DNA from: Octopus sinensis
Lineage: Eukaryota
Assembly: GCF_006345805.1 (NCBI RefSeq)
Contig: NC_043007.1
Coordinates: 19,220,001 to 19,284,000, forward strand
Direction of reading: 5' to 3'
Length of the DNA stretch: 64,000 nt
In this document: positions 37,771 to 50,812 of the stretch, in pieces
Numbering within the stretch: position 1 is the first letter of the stretch
Layout: every line of letters begins with the position of its first letter
Translations under genes and position numbers: made by a program
Notes under the pieces: model-generated
The model's input: only the letters and a program-made list of their open reading frames with translations
Database searches by the model: none
Told to the model about the DNA's origin: nothing

Positions 37771-38729
37771 GTGTACGAGTCTACATGTTGAACACTCAAG
37801 GCCAGCGCGTGCTAAACACATGAAGGAAGAAAGAAACAATTACACACCGTTGTAGACATGGATATTCTTAATTTCGCCTCAAATGCAATTATATAAGTTG
37901 AATAGTCAGAGGCCAGATTGTTTGGGAAATACGATTGGCAAAAAGCACACACACACACACAAACACACACACAAAACAATTACCCTCTGCTATTGATTTA
38001 CTCGTTATCACACTGTCGTATGTGATAACATGTTGAGTTAACTGCAGGCGTCGGTAAGTCGTCATCACATTTTTACGGTCAAAAGAGAAACTGCCAAGCC
38101 TCACCACTTAAAAAAAACAAAAACCCAAAAAGCGAAAAGACCACACACACACATAAGCATACACACGGACACGCATGCATGCATGCACGCACACACACGT
38201 GTGTATATATATGTATGCATGCATGTAGATAGCATGCAGGAATGTATGCATAGGTGCATAGCATGATGGAGCGATTATGCAGCGCTTCTCGCTTAACGTA
38301 TGTGTTAAGTTTCACAGAGATCGTCTGATAGAGGCGAATCTGTATGTAATAAATGTGATATTCCGTGGGTGTTAGCGCTTTTACCCCCCTGCCACCTCTT
38401 CACGCCCGTTAAATACAATAACAGTCTCCGTTCGACTATTTATTGCTCTAAAACATCTGTCGATCCTCCACCCCCCCCCGCCACCCCGCCGCCAGCGTTT
38501 CTTCTAATCTTAAACATAAAAACATAAACAAACAGGCTGCTACTTTCTCTTTCATCCATATGCAATAATTATCCGTCTAAGAATTCATTCATAATCCACG
38601 CTTCATTGGTAGTTTAGTAAAACACACACACACACACAAACATACAATACACACACACACAAACAAGCAAAATACACACACATGCATATACAAAGTATAC
38701 ATACATTTAATATATTTGAATAGCTATAA

Positions 38730-38809
38730 AACATATATATTGCATATATACATATATATACTGCATATATATATATATATATATATATATGCATATATAT
38801 ATATTGCAT

Positions 38810-38887
<78 letters not shown>

Positions 38888-39152
38888 CATATATATATTA
38901 TATATTGCATATATATATATATATATATAATATATATATTATATATATTATATATATATATATATTATATATATATATATATATTGCATATATATATATA
39001 TATTGCATATATATATATTGCATATATATATATATTATATATATATATATATAGATAAATAGATAGATGGATGGATGGATGGATGGATGGATGGATGATA
39101 GATAGATAGATAGATAGATAGATGGATGGATGGATGGATGGATGGATGGATG

Positions 39153-39220
<68 letters not shown>

Positions 39221-39245
39221 TGTTGCATACATATATATATATACT
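38730..39245. repeat. (AT)n / (GATA)n / (GGAT)n compound microsatellite
   Basis: Direct read. Confidence 0.95.
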
Positions 39246-39299
39246 CACACACGCTGCATAAATAAGAGAATAACATAAATATAATGAGAGACTAAAAAC

Positions 39300-39638
39300 A
39301 AATACCTTTGTTGATGTTTCACAGCATTTTCGTTGCAGTAAATTAATGGACGTCGTTAATAAAAGTGGAAGCGAAATTAGGCGGCGACTTCGGAAATAAA
39401 TGTTAGACGTCAGGTGCGAGTGTTCCAAGCACCTGCCACCAATTAAACCATGCCAATTACATCGGCTGCTCGAGGCTGGCAATGTCAATTACCGCCCTTG
39501 TTTCGCAGAACTTTCCCAACTCTTCTGCGTGGAGATGGAAAAGAAGTTAAGAAAAGCAACCGTGTCGTGCTTTAATTAGAGTGGAACTCTTTTGTGACAG
39601 AAATTAATTAAGGACTTCTTTGAAATATTACAACCAAG
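39300..39638. promoter_or_regulatory. Probable FCF1 promoter / 5'-UTR
   Basis: Non-repetitive, CpG-enriched stretch (gcggcgacttcggaaat, cgtcaggtgcgag) directly upstream of the ATG exon. Confidence 0.5.
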
Positions 39639-39641
39639 ATG
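39639..39641 (+). CDS. FCF1: FCF1 coding exon 1 (ATG only)
   Basis: ccaagATG|gtgagt, a strong donor in phase 0; the next exon lacks a Met; CpG-rich DNA lies upstream. Confidence 0.8.
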
Positions 39642-39755
39642 GTGAGTATGGGAGCACATGTCTTGGCGATTCTGCCTTTAATGTCTTATTTTGTGATGTT
39701 TTCTTGCTTATTGGGGAAGAATATATTATTTCTGAGGAAGATATATTATGTTTAC

Positions 39756-40152
39756 GGATCTTTTCGGTTTGAACAGCAGTTTTTAAAAATAATTTCCACG
39801 CAACTAAACACTTTTAAACTTCGTATACTGGTAGAATGTATTTATAAAACATCTTTTTCTCTTAGCTTTATTGAGAAAAGTCTATGGTTTGTAAGATATT
39901 TGTTGTTTTTTCTTCTTCAATTTCAACCAATCACTGACGTCTATTGAGGTAAAAAACATTCTGTGCCATATGAAAATGTCCCTCGTTTAAGAAACATTGG
40001 GTTTATTTACATTTGTGAAGAAAAAAAGATACCCTTCCCCTTAACCCTAAAAGAGATTGAAATGCAATAGATCGATTCTAGGGTCATAATTATGGGTGAC
40101 AATTTCATATGACACCGCTAGAAAAAAACTGCCGTTCAAACCGAAAAGATCC
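39756..40152. mobile_element. Second copy of the same MITE, in FCF1 intron 1
   Basis: Same TIRs and body; TSD atgtttac / atgtttat (7 of 8 match). Confidence 0.88.
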
Positions 40153-42719
40153 ATGTTTATACTATCATTTCTCCACAGCAAATATAAGATATCCCTGTTT
40201 CTTGTCATGTTTACGGTCCTTTATATGTATCCATGTATTTGTTTATTTCGTTTCTAATTGAGTTCGCTAAGGAGATGGGGGTGATTTGTTTCCTTTTTTC
40301 ATTTTTTTAGTGATGAATTTTGGTTTCGTTAATTGATTTTTTTAAATAATAATAATGAAATTATTGTATACAGTGCTCAGGTGCATCACAACTTGTCAAA
40401 AAGTGCGTATAAAGCATATGCAGTAATGTACAAATGCCTGGGAAGTGAACAATGTATGAGTCAGATAGATGCTTGCGTGTGTATGGAGGGGAGAAAATCA
40501 GGTTGGCGAATCTCAGGAAGCATGGAAGTTTTGAAGGATGCAGTGCTCCGACAACTAACAACTGATACATTAACGTAATACATTAGTGTTTCGCTGTTCT
40601 GTGTTCGAATTTTGTTGAGGATCGACTTCGATAAACTCTCACTATAAACTGTTGCTGAGTGTGTTCGCCTTAAAAATCAATTAAGAAACGAAAAATCCTC
40701 GACTGAAAATAAAAACAACCAATTCAAAGTATTAAAAATTTAGCGAAACTTCTGTTTCGAAGGAATCTAATCAATGATGAAATACACATAGGACCATATT
40801 TAAAAAAAAAAAAACAATTTGAATTTAGCACCTTAAAAGCGAGGATAGCCATGCACCAAATCCACTTTGACAAGTTTTTGGTGAATTAATGTTGTGGTGT
40901 ACTAATTGTTACCACTATGTTCATACGAGCAACACGTTGTTTATTCGTTAAAATAATCAAACATCGCCGATTCATTTGGGTCCTAAACTCATAAGTAAAA
41001 TACAAACAGGAAAACAGAATAATAATTCAGATATGTATATTAATTTTTTCCAATTTAAAAATATACATTAAGAGAGATATTGTATATTTCAATAACAGTA
41101 TTACGTACAAGATTCTTGTAGAAGCGACCAAACAAATCTTACATGCAACTCCACAATACTATCCTTGTTAAATATATTTTTATACTTAAAAGGTATTTCT
41201 AAGTGTACATACAGTAGTCATTATCATCATTATTATTATTATCTGCCGAGGCTGACTTTGTCTTTCATCCTTTCGTGGTCGATGAAATAAGTACCAGTTG
41301 ACCACTGGGGTCCATGTGATCGACTTAACCCCTCCCCTACTTAATTCCAAGCCTTGTGCTTAAAGTAGAAATTATTATTATTTTTATTATTTTGAAAATT
41401 GAATGTTGTATGTTTTTGTCTTAAAGTCTAATTTCACTTTGTTTTTTCTTTTGGGTTTCCAACCGTGTTTTAAACACTCACATGGTTGTTGTGCGAAAAT
41501 ATTCCATACAAAAAGTAGAGTTGAATTTTATCAAATCGTGGCCTAGTGGTTATGGTGTTTCATTCACGATCGCCAGATCGTAGGGTCAGTTTCCCAACTG
41601 GGATCAAAACACTTCATTTTACGTTGCTCTGGTGCTGTGCATGTCAAAGGATAGACCCAAACGTTTCCTCTGCGCATCATAAAAGGCGACTAAAAAAAGA
41701 CCTTGAGGTCAGAATAGTTCCCCTACCTCGTAAAAGCCTCACCAGTAATGACGACCCAAACAGACCCATGTGTTGCAGGGTTGTTGCTTTAGTGACGCAA
41801 AGGTGTCTCAGTCTATATGGAGAAGGACGCCTCCATATACAGAGAGACTTATTCCAAGTTTTATAATATATCAATTATCACCATCATTTCACGTCTGTCT
41901 TCAATGCTGTCATGAGTTAGATGGATTGACATCTGAAGTGTTTGAAATTGTATACAGTTTTATGTTATATGTATACAAAAGAATACCCCAGTACCTGGCA
42001 TACATGACAAGAACAAAGGTTGGCAGTTTTCTCTCTTGTTGTGTGTATCAGATGAAGAAGAAACATAACAAGGGATAAAGATGCTGTGGAACCTGTCCAG
42101 CCCATCATCTTCATCGTTTAACACCCGTTTTCCATGCTGGCATGCGTTGGACGGTTTGACTGGGGACTGGCAAGCCAGGAGGCTGCACCAGACTCCAATC
42201 CGATCTGGCAATGTATCTACAGCTGGATGCCCTTCGTAATGCCAACCACTCCAAGAGTGTAGTGGGTGCTTTTTACATTCCACCAGCACGAGAGCCAGAC
42301 AGGTAGCACTGGCATCAGCCATGTATTGATGGTGCTTTGTATGTGCCACCGACACAGGGAGCTGGTCAGGCGGATCTGGCAGTGACCCACACATGAATGG
42401 TGCTTATTGCATGCCACCAGCACTGGTGTCAGCCACAACTACAATTTCCTTTTGATTTTGATTTACTTAAGCATGGGACATAAAATGATGACGATGATTC
42501 TATATATCTTTTACTTGTTTCAGTCATTAGACTGTGGCCATGCTGGAGCACCACTTTCAGGAATTTTTAGTTGTATGAATTGACCCCAGAACTTTTATTT
42601 TTAAAGCCTGAATGAAGATAATAATGGTAGATGCCTGCTTGCTTGTAAAATGGTGTGTGGGTGGTGATTAGTTGTGTCTTCTTAATATTCTTCAACATTT
42701 CTATGTTTTGTTGTTTCAG

Positions 42720-42793
42720 GCGAAAACAAAATCAGGAAGTAACAAGAAATTTGCTTCAATGAAACGGATGATAAGTTTGAAAGATGCTCGGAT
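42720..42793 (+). CDS. FCF1: FCF1 exon 2 (AKTKSGSNKKFASMKRMISLKDAR)
   Basis: tttcag|...|gtaagt; resembles human FCF1 KKTRKYATMKRMLSLRDQR. Confidence 0.92.
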
Positions 42794-43120
42794 GTAAGTG
42801 TCTGTTATATTACTATGGTACTCCTAACCTAATATGTGTTTGTAACTATCTTTGTAATTACTATTACCTATTTCTTTATTGCCCACAAGGGGCTAAACAT
42901 AGAGAGGACAAACAAGTACAGACTAACGGATTAAGTCGATTATGCTAGGCATTGAATCCCTACTAAGAAATCAATTCCCTACAGTGTTTGGGGGGTTCAC
43001 CGATTCAACTGGTTCTGTGGTTTACCCCTATATTTGGTTTGTTTTATTAAGTGCTCTACAGAGGGTCACTGTTTCGATATTTTGTGGTTAAAGAATTATG
43101 GTCTCTTCATTAGCATTTAA

Positions 43121-43324
43121 CCCTTTCATTACTGTATTTCTGTTGAGATGATCTGTGTTTCTTTCAATTACTTTAAATACAACAGAAAATTTGGTAAAAT
43201 AATTTAGCTATCATTCAGCTAGTGTTAGGAACATAAATTGTGACTAAGATTTGGTTGAAGGTCTTAATTCAAAACTTAGGAAAACAAGGCAGTTGTACTC
43301 AGAGCCAGGTTGGTATCAAAAGGG
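43121..43324. mobile_element. piggyBac-type MITE, family 1
   Basis: TTAA|cccttt...aaaggg|TTAA. Confidence 0.85.
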
Positions 43325-43585
43325 TTAATGCCCATGTTCCCAGCCTGTAGGGTTTGGACAGTTTGACAGGAACTGGCAGTCCAGGAGATGCATCGAGCGC
43401 CAATGGTTTTGGGTTCAGTCTCACTGTGTGGTTCTTTGGACAAGTCTCTTCTATATAGCCCCAGGCCAACAAATGCCTCATGAGACCATTTGGTTGATAG
43501 AAACTGAGGAAGGTGCGTGTGCACCCATCTCTTAGTGGTTGGCAAAAAAAAAAAAAAAAAAACTAGAATAAATATTAGGCTTTAA

Positions 43586-43788
43586 CCCTTTAGTGTTTAA
43601 ACCGGCCATATCCGGCCAAAAATATTCAAACTGGCCAGATCTGGTCTCATACCAACCCTACAATATCATTTTAAAAATTAACAGCTACCTCATCAAAATC
43701 TCATAGCTACAAGATAATGCATGATTAGTTCTAAACAATGTGGATAAAAAAGGATTAATTTTGGTAGAATAATGTGAACACTAAAGGG
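43586..43788. mobile_element. piggyBac-type MITE, family 2
   Basis: TTAA|ccctttagtgtt...aacactaaaggg|TTAA, perfect 12-bp TIR. Related copies lie near 10819-11059, 44040-44212 and 54878-55097. Confidence 0.88.
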
Positions 43789-45765
43789 TTAAAAACAAAA
43801 TTACTAAGGTTGATTTGTTCAACTGAACGTTTCAAGGTGGTGCTGCAGCATGTCTGTAGTCTTCTGATTAAACCAAGTAAAAAATATAGAAGAGATGCTG
43901 TCAGAAAATTGGTTCTGAATTTGGTAGTTGTTATCCCTGTTTGCTTTTGGCTTTGGCAGTTAATCATTGCCTGGTTTATTTCTTTATCTCTAAAACTGAT
44001 TCCCAGTGGATTGCTATGATTGTGTGTTGTTTAACCTTTTAACATTCAGATACTATAGAATGTAATATTTATTTATTTGCATTGCTTTGAATGAATCATC
44101 ATCACTGCCTTGTTTCTCTGAGATTTTGATGATGTGATTGCTTATTCTTTGGAATAACATTGTAGCATAGGTGTGAGGGACCAGATCTAGCTGGTTTAAA
44201 AGACAAAGGGTTAAATGAAGATTATTGCTAGAAATAGCAGCAACTACACTCAGAATATAATAGCTTTTCTAGCAGAGATTTGGTTGAGGATAGAATCTTT
44301 TGTGACTAGAAAGTGTTTGAGTTGTAGTTTTGGCATCCTGGAGACTGAGCTTCATCAATTTGCACAGGCTCTAAAGTTCCTACCATTTTTTCTATTTAGT
44401 TAAAGGAAACAATATGAGTAAATTTCACAATACATGTAGAACCAATCACTTATGGATTGAGTACCTCTAACAGTTAACTGATGCATCTTATTATAAGAGG
44501 CATCTTGAATGAAACAAAATTAATTCTAAAAGATTGCAATAGATTTTGTTACTTAAATCAGTATAATAGAGAAAACCTAAAGTAATTACCCTTTATGTTG
44601 TAGATCACACCCAAGTAGCACTGCATATTCTATGTATCTATGTCCTTGATGAGGGTTTGATCCTAGTGATATATCTGTTCCTATCCTAAGTCATTATGAT
44701 GTTATTGAAACTAACCCCAGCTCTCCGAGTAATCTTTTTACTCCTGACGAGTATAGTTTTTCTGAATGACTGCCTTGTTTCTCTTAGATTTTGATGATAT
44801 GATTGCTTATTTTTTTTAGAATAACATTGTAGCATAGGTGTGAGGGGCCAAATCTAGCTGATTTTGAACATAAAACAGGTTTAATATTATGGCTGGTTTA
44901 AAAGACAAAGGGTTAAATGAAGATTATAGCTAGAAATGGCAGCAACTACATACTGCTTCAGTTGTATTTTTGGCATCCTGGTGACTGAGCTTCATCAATT
45001 TGCTCAGGCTCTAAAGTTCCTACCATTTTTTCCATGATAGTTAAAGGAAACAATATGAATAAATTTCACGATACATGTAGAACCAATCACTTATGGATTC
45101 AGTACCTATAACAGTTAACTGATGCATCTTGAATAGTACAAGAAAAAAATTCTAAAATTTGACACAGAAAGGTAGCAATGGCACGTAACAAGCACCATCC
45201 GTTCGTGGCCGTCTGCCAGCTCCGTCTGGCACGTAAAAAGCACCCACTACACTCATGGAGTGGTTGGCGTTAGGAAGGGCATCCAGCCGTAGAAACACTG
45301 CCGGATCAGACTGGGCCTGAAGCAGCCTTCTGGCTTCCCAGACCCCAGTTGAACTGTCCAACCCATGCTAGCATGGAAAGCGGACGCTAAACGATGATGA
45401 TGATATCGACCCCAGTGCATCACTGGTACTTAATTTATCGACCCCGAAAGGATGAAAGGCAAAGTCGACCTCGGCGGAATTTGAACTCAGAACGCAGCGG
45501 CGGACGAAATACCACAAAGCATTTCACCGGGCATGTTAACGTTTCTGCCAGCTCGCCACCTTATTACCACTACTATTACCACTGATGCTGCTGTTACTAT
45601 GGAATGAGATGATTGGATTCAGCTGTTTGGATGCTGATGATGTAGCATGGCTGACTGGATGTTCAGCATGTTTTGGGCACTGGAAGCAAATGTACATCCA
45701 AGGGAGTAGAAATATACACATACAGATTGAGAGGGGTAGAGGAGAGAGAGATTAAAATTCCTTAA

Positions 45766-46351
45766 CCCTCTTGTTACTGTATTTATTTTGAAATGCTCTG
45801 TGTTTCTTTTAATTACTTTAAATATAACAAAGAATTTAGTAAAATTACTTAGTTATCATTCAGCTAGTGTTAGGAACATAAATTGTGACTAAGATTTGGT
45901 GGAAGATTTTAATTCAAAACTTATGGAAACAAGACATTTGTACTACAGAGCCACAGACAGTTTCAGCCATTTGAGATGTTCTGGGTTTCTTTCAATTAAT
46001 TTTAAATATAACAAAGAATTTAGTAAAATTACTTAGTTATCATTCAGCTAGTGTTAGGAACATAAATTGTGACTAAGATTTGGTGGAAGATTTTAATTCA
46101 AAACTTATGGAAACAAGACATTTGTACTACAGAGCCACAGACAGTTTCAGCCATTTGAGATGTTCTGGGTTTCTTTCAATTAATTTTAAATATAACAAAG
46201 AATTTAGTAAAATTACTTAGTTATCATTCAGCTAGTGTTAGGAACATAAATTGTGACTAAGATTTGGTGGAAGATTTTAATTCAAAACTTATGAAAAGAT
46301 ATTTGTACTACAGAGCCAGAGGCAGTTTCAACTGGGTTGGTAACGAAAGGG
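45766..46351. mobile_element. piggyBac-type MITE family 1 with an internal 184-bp triplication
   Basis: One pair of TTAA|ccct...aggg|TTAA ends; gttatcattcagc recurs at 45852, 46036, 46220. Confidence 0.88.
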
Positions 46352-46492
46352 TTAAACACATCTCTACATTTGGGCAGATGCACATTTGAAGCAATTGGAA
46401 GGGTGTGGTTTGAAGGAAATTTAGGCTATTATTTCTAGCATATAGAGAGACCACATTTGAGGTCTCCTCTTATGTCTTCTACTGATTCTTAA

Positions 46493-46713
46493 CCCTTTTG
46501 TTCCCATATTTCTGTTGAGATGCTTTATGTTTCTTTCAATTATTTTAAGTATAACAAAGAATTTAGTAAAATAACTTAGTTATCATTAAGCTGGTGTTAG
46601 GAACATAAATTGTGACTAAGGTTTGGTGGAAGATTTTAATTCAAAACTTATGAAAACAAGACATTTGAACTACAGAGCCAGAGGCGGTTTCAGCCAGGTT
46701 GGTAACGAAAGGG
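46493..46713. mobile_element. piggyBac-type MITE family 1 monomer
   Basis: TTAA|cccttt...aaaggg|TTAA; same body as 43121. Confidence 0.87.
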
Positions 46714-47642
46714 TTAATTGAATACAAGTGATATAAACACTTTCTCTTCATACACATATGCTCACAGACAGAAAGAGGAAAGGAGAGAAACATTAAAACG
46801 TCTGATGTCAACTAAGTCAGCATCGAATCAATGGTGCCAAAACAGATGCATCAAAATGTTTCATGGCTGTGCCAATATGTCTCCTAGCCCAAGGTGGGTG
46901 AGCTGGCAGAAACATTAGCACGCTGGGCGAGATGCTTAGTGGTATTTCGTCTGTCTTTACGTTCTGAGATCAAATTCTGCTGAGGTCGATTTTGCCTTTC
47001 ATCCTTTCAGGGTCAATAAATTAAGTACTAGTTGTGTACTACGGTTATCTAATCGATTTACTCCCCTCCCTAAAAAAAAATTTCAGGCCTTGTGCCTAGA
47101 GTAGAAAAAAAAAAAATCTCCTAGCCCTACTGTTAACTTTTTCTTTCTATTGTACCTCATGATCTAGGTCTGGACAGTGTGGTCATTCACACCGTCTGCT
47201 TAAACCTTTTGTTACTATATTTCTATGGAGATCTGCTGTTTTTGTTTTAATTAATTTTGGAAATAATGAAGAATTTAATCTGGCCGAAATATTCTACCTG
47301 TTTTACGTTAAAACTGCCCAAATTCAAACTCTCACACCTATCCTACAATGCCATTCTAAAAATATAGAAACATGCCATTGAAATCTCAAAGTTACAAGAT
47401 GTGTGATTAATTCAAAACAATGTGGATAGACAAGCAGTAATGCATGCCATGTAAAAAGCAGCCAGTACAGTCGGTAAAGGGGTTTGCATTAGGAAGGGCA
47501 TCCAGCTGTATTGCATGCTGTGTATTTTTAGGGTTAGCCACATTTAGGTGGCAAATATACTTCATGATGTCATGCAGCTACTGTTTATACCTTGTTCAGA
47601 GATTTATTATTGCTTATATATTTATCTTTTTCTTTTAAACAG

Positions 47643-47708
47643 AAAACATAATCAACAAAAACCTAAAAAAAAGAAAATCGACAAAAGTGATATAATTGTT
47701 CGAGATGC
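47643..47708 (+). CDS. FCF1: FCF1 exon 3 (KHNQQKPKKKKIDKSDIIVRD)
   Basis: Pyrimidine tract acag|...|gtaagt; phase 2/2 keeps the frame; Lys-rich segment like human KPKKKEKKD. Confidence 0.88.
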
Positions 47709-47754
47709 GTAAGTAATTCTTCTGTGCTGTTCATAATTTTTTTTTTATTCAAAA

Positions 47755-48121
47755 ATCTATATATATAAAGCTGAGGTTGTCTGTGTGTGTGTGGCAGGTT
47801 TGGTAGCCTTCAACTAACACTATCTCCTCCGAGACCCTGCGGCGCAAGTTGACCAAAATTGAGAGTATGATAGAAGAAGGCTTGCTCTTCAAATCAGACC
47901 ATGTTAACACCAAAAATTATTTACATCAAAAAGGTGCTTTTTTTTTCTATGAAAATCCCTATTTTTACGATTTTTTTTACTGCTGTGTCACCATTTTTCG
48001 GTGTATTTCAACCAGAAAAATGTTTACTTAAAGTGAATAACAAGCTAAATAATGCAAAATTTTTACTTCCAATTCTAAAGGGTCGAAACAAACCTGAGCA
48101 ACGCTGGGTGATACTGCTAGT
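47755..48121 (-). mobile_element. Helitron/Helentron-like element, second copy (FCF1 intron 3)
   Basis: Reverse complement of both termini of 9915-10214, with a different middle. Confidence 0.6.
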
Positions 48122-49037
48122 TCAGTTCATAAAATGTGTACATGTTGCGTAACTAGAGAGAGACGTCATGTATGTTTGTCACATGGCACAGAGATGTCTG
48201 GCTAGCAAACACCCATATGCTCAACAGTAGGGGCATGGCTAAACCAGGAGTCAGCAACAAGTGGACACCGTGGCCCACAAGCGATGCTCCAGTTCGCTCA
48301 GCTGTAGAAATGAGTTGCGATGTCACAGGTGCCAAGCTGTATCGGCCCCTTTGCCTTTCCCTTGGGTAACAGTGTCATGGAGAAGGGAGGCTGGGACACA
48401 TGGGCGACTGCTAGTCTTCCATAAACAACCTTACCTGAACTTGTATCTCAGAGACGAACTTTCTAGGTGCAATCCCATGGTAATTCATGACCAAAGGGGA
48501 TCTTTACCCTTGATATGTATATATATATATTTTGGATGGCGCTTGCAGAAGAAGAAAGCTGAAGTCAGGAAGGTAGATCTCAAGAAGAAATGACGAAATA
48601 CTGAGATGACTGGTGATTCACACTGCTTGAGAAGACCTGTCCACTTTACCAAAAATGCTGTTCTAAAAGCATTCTGTGTATGCTTGCAGTCCATTCTTCC
48701 CTCTCAACCCCGCCCTTCGCATCACTTCTCTGTCTAATGCAAATGACAGCTGTAATTCGTTGGTAATTTCATGGGTTGGACGATTTGACTGAGGGCTGGT
48801 GAACCAGATGGCTGCACCAGGCTTCAATCTTGATCTGGCAGTTTCTACAGCTGGATGTCCTTCCTAACACCAACCACTGTGAGAGTGTAGTGGGTGCTTT
48901 TATGTGCCACCGGTACTAGCAACAACCTTGCTTGAATATGTATATATTATAAATGAATAAAATAGATTTTAAAACAATGATGATAATATGTATTTGTCCC
49001 TATGTATGAAATCATTTAATCTTTTTCTCTTTTGCAG

Positions 49038-49186
49038 ACCACAGACCTCTTCTGCATTATTTTTCACTTACAACACCCAGTTGGGTCCACCCTATCGGGT
49101 TCTGCTAGACACAAATTTCATACATTTCTCAGTCAAGAACAAAGTGGACCTTTTCAAAGGTCTCATGGATTGTCTTTATGCTAAAT
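49038..49186 (+). CDS. FCF1: FCF1 exon 4 (PQTSSALFFTYNTQLGPPYRVLLDTNFIHFSVKNKVDLFKGLMDCLYAK)
   Basis: ttgcag|...|gtaagt; contains YNTQLGPPY..L.DTNF, the PIN-domain start. Confidence 0.96.
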
Positions 49187-50542
49187 GTAAGTTTTTTTTT
49201 TCTTTCTTTGTATTATTCATATATTTACATTTGCTTTGCAACCATGTGGTTTAGGGTTCAGTTCTAGTGTAAAGCACCTTCGCAGAATCCAGTGGCTTTG
49301 TGGTAAGAAGCCTGCTTCCCAACCACATGGTTCTAGGTTCAGTCCCACTGCATGGCACCTTAGGCAAGAAATTTCTAGGTCTTCATGCATATTCATAAAT
49401 GTTGGTAACTGGATGGTCATTCACTCTCCTGGGTTCACCTGCCCTTTGTTGGGTTTGTTTTTTTCATCCCACCCTACTCACCAAATAGGCTTGGAAGTAG
49501 TTGAGGGTTAGCTGCAGGAAGTGCATCCTGCTGTAGAAAATCTGCCTTGGTGAACTCTGGCCAGTTCATGCTGGTATGGAAAAGCAAACATCAAAACAAT
49601 GATTATTTCTTTTCCATTTTGTTGCACAATGCGTCTCCATCTTTCCTTACAGCCATGTAACTTGAACTCACATCCCTGTGATTACATGTCAAGTGCTTTA
49701 CCTTAAGCATCTTACGAACCACATGGTTCTGGGTTCTGCGTGGCACCTTGGGCAAGTGTCTTCTACTATAGCCTCGGGCCGACCAAGTGAGTGGATTTGG
49801 TAGATGGAAACTGTGTGTGTATGTTTGTGTGTCTGTGTTTGTCCCCCCAACATCGCTTGACAACCGATGCTGGTGTGGTTACATCCTTGTAACTTAGTGT
49901 TTTGGCAAGAGACTGATTGAATAAGTACTAGGCCTCCAAAGAATAAGTCCTGGGGTCGATTTGCTCGAAGGCAGTGCTCCAGCATGGCCACAGTCAAATA
50001 ACTGAAACAAGTAAAAGAGTATGTTATCCTTTTTGGCTGCTGTATAAAATTAGATAGTACTTAGGCGCAGGAGTGGCTGTGTGGTACGTAGCTTGCTTCC
50101 CAACCACATGGTTCCGGGTTCAGTCCCACTGCGTGACACCTTGGGCAAGTGTCTTCTACTATAGCCTCGGGCTGACCAAAGCCTTGTGAGTGGATTTGGT
50201 AGATGGAAACTGAAAGAAGCCCATCATATATATATATATGTGTGTGTGTGTGTGTTTGTCCCCCCAACATTGATTGACAACTGATGCTGGTGTGTTTACA
50301 TCCATGTAACTTAGCGGTTCGGCAAAAGAGATTGATAGAATAAGTACTAGGCCTCCAAAGAATAAGTCCTGGGGTTGATTTGCTCGGTTAAAGGTGGTGC
50401 TCCAGCATGGCCATAGTCAAATGACTGAAACAAGTAAGAGAGTATGTTATCCTTTTTGGCTGCTGTATAAAATTAGATAGTACTTGTCTTGCTGGTTTTT
50501 GGTGACCTCATAGATAAACACCTGATCTTTCCTTTTTTACAG

Positions 50543-50615
50543 GTATACCATATGTGACAGATTGTGTGTTTGGAGAATTAGAAAAACTTGGCAGCAAATT
50601 CAGAGTTGCCTTAAA
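50543..50615 (+). CDS. FCF1: FCF1 exon 5 (CIPYVTDCVFGELEKLGSKFRVAL)
   Basis: ttacag|...|gtaaga; matches human CIPCITDCVMAEIEKLGQKYRVAL. Confidence 0.95.
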
Positions 50616-50686
50616 GTAAGACCTTTACCTTTTTTCTGTCTGTTTCGTTTAATAATTAATATTGTGTGTTGACTGGCCTTTAAAAT

Positions 50687-50812
50687 ATTGGGTTGTCTGG
50701 AAAGTTGGTGCTATTTTTAAAGGAAAGAAAAATGTCAATAAATACTTGCCATTACATTTTTAATCAACTCAATATGAACCATTTCGTTGCACAATGTGTC
50801 TCCATCTTTCCT
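50687..50812 (-). mobile_element. Terminal fragment of the same mariner in FCF1 intron 5
   Basis: tattgggttgtctggaaagttggtgc... collinear with the 18133 end. Confidence 0.8.

Noticed and set aside
39639-39947. 102-aa ORF from the FCF1 ATG
   Set aside because: It reads through the GTGAGT donor into intron 1 and a MITE; only the ATG is exonic.
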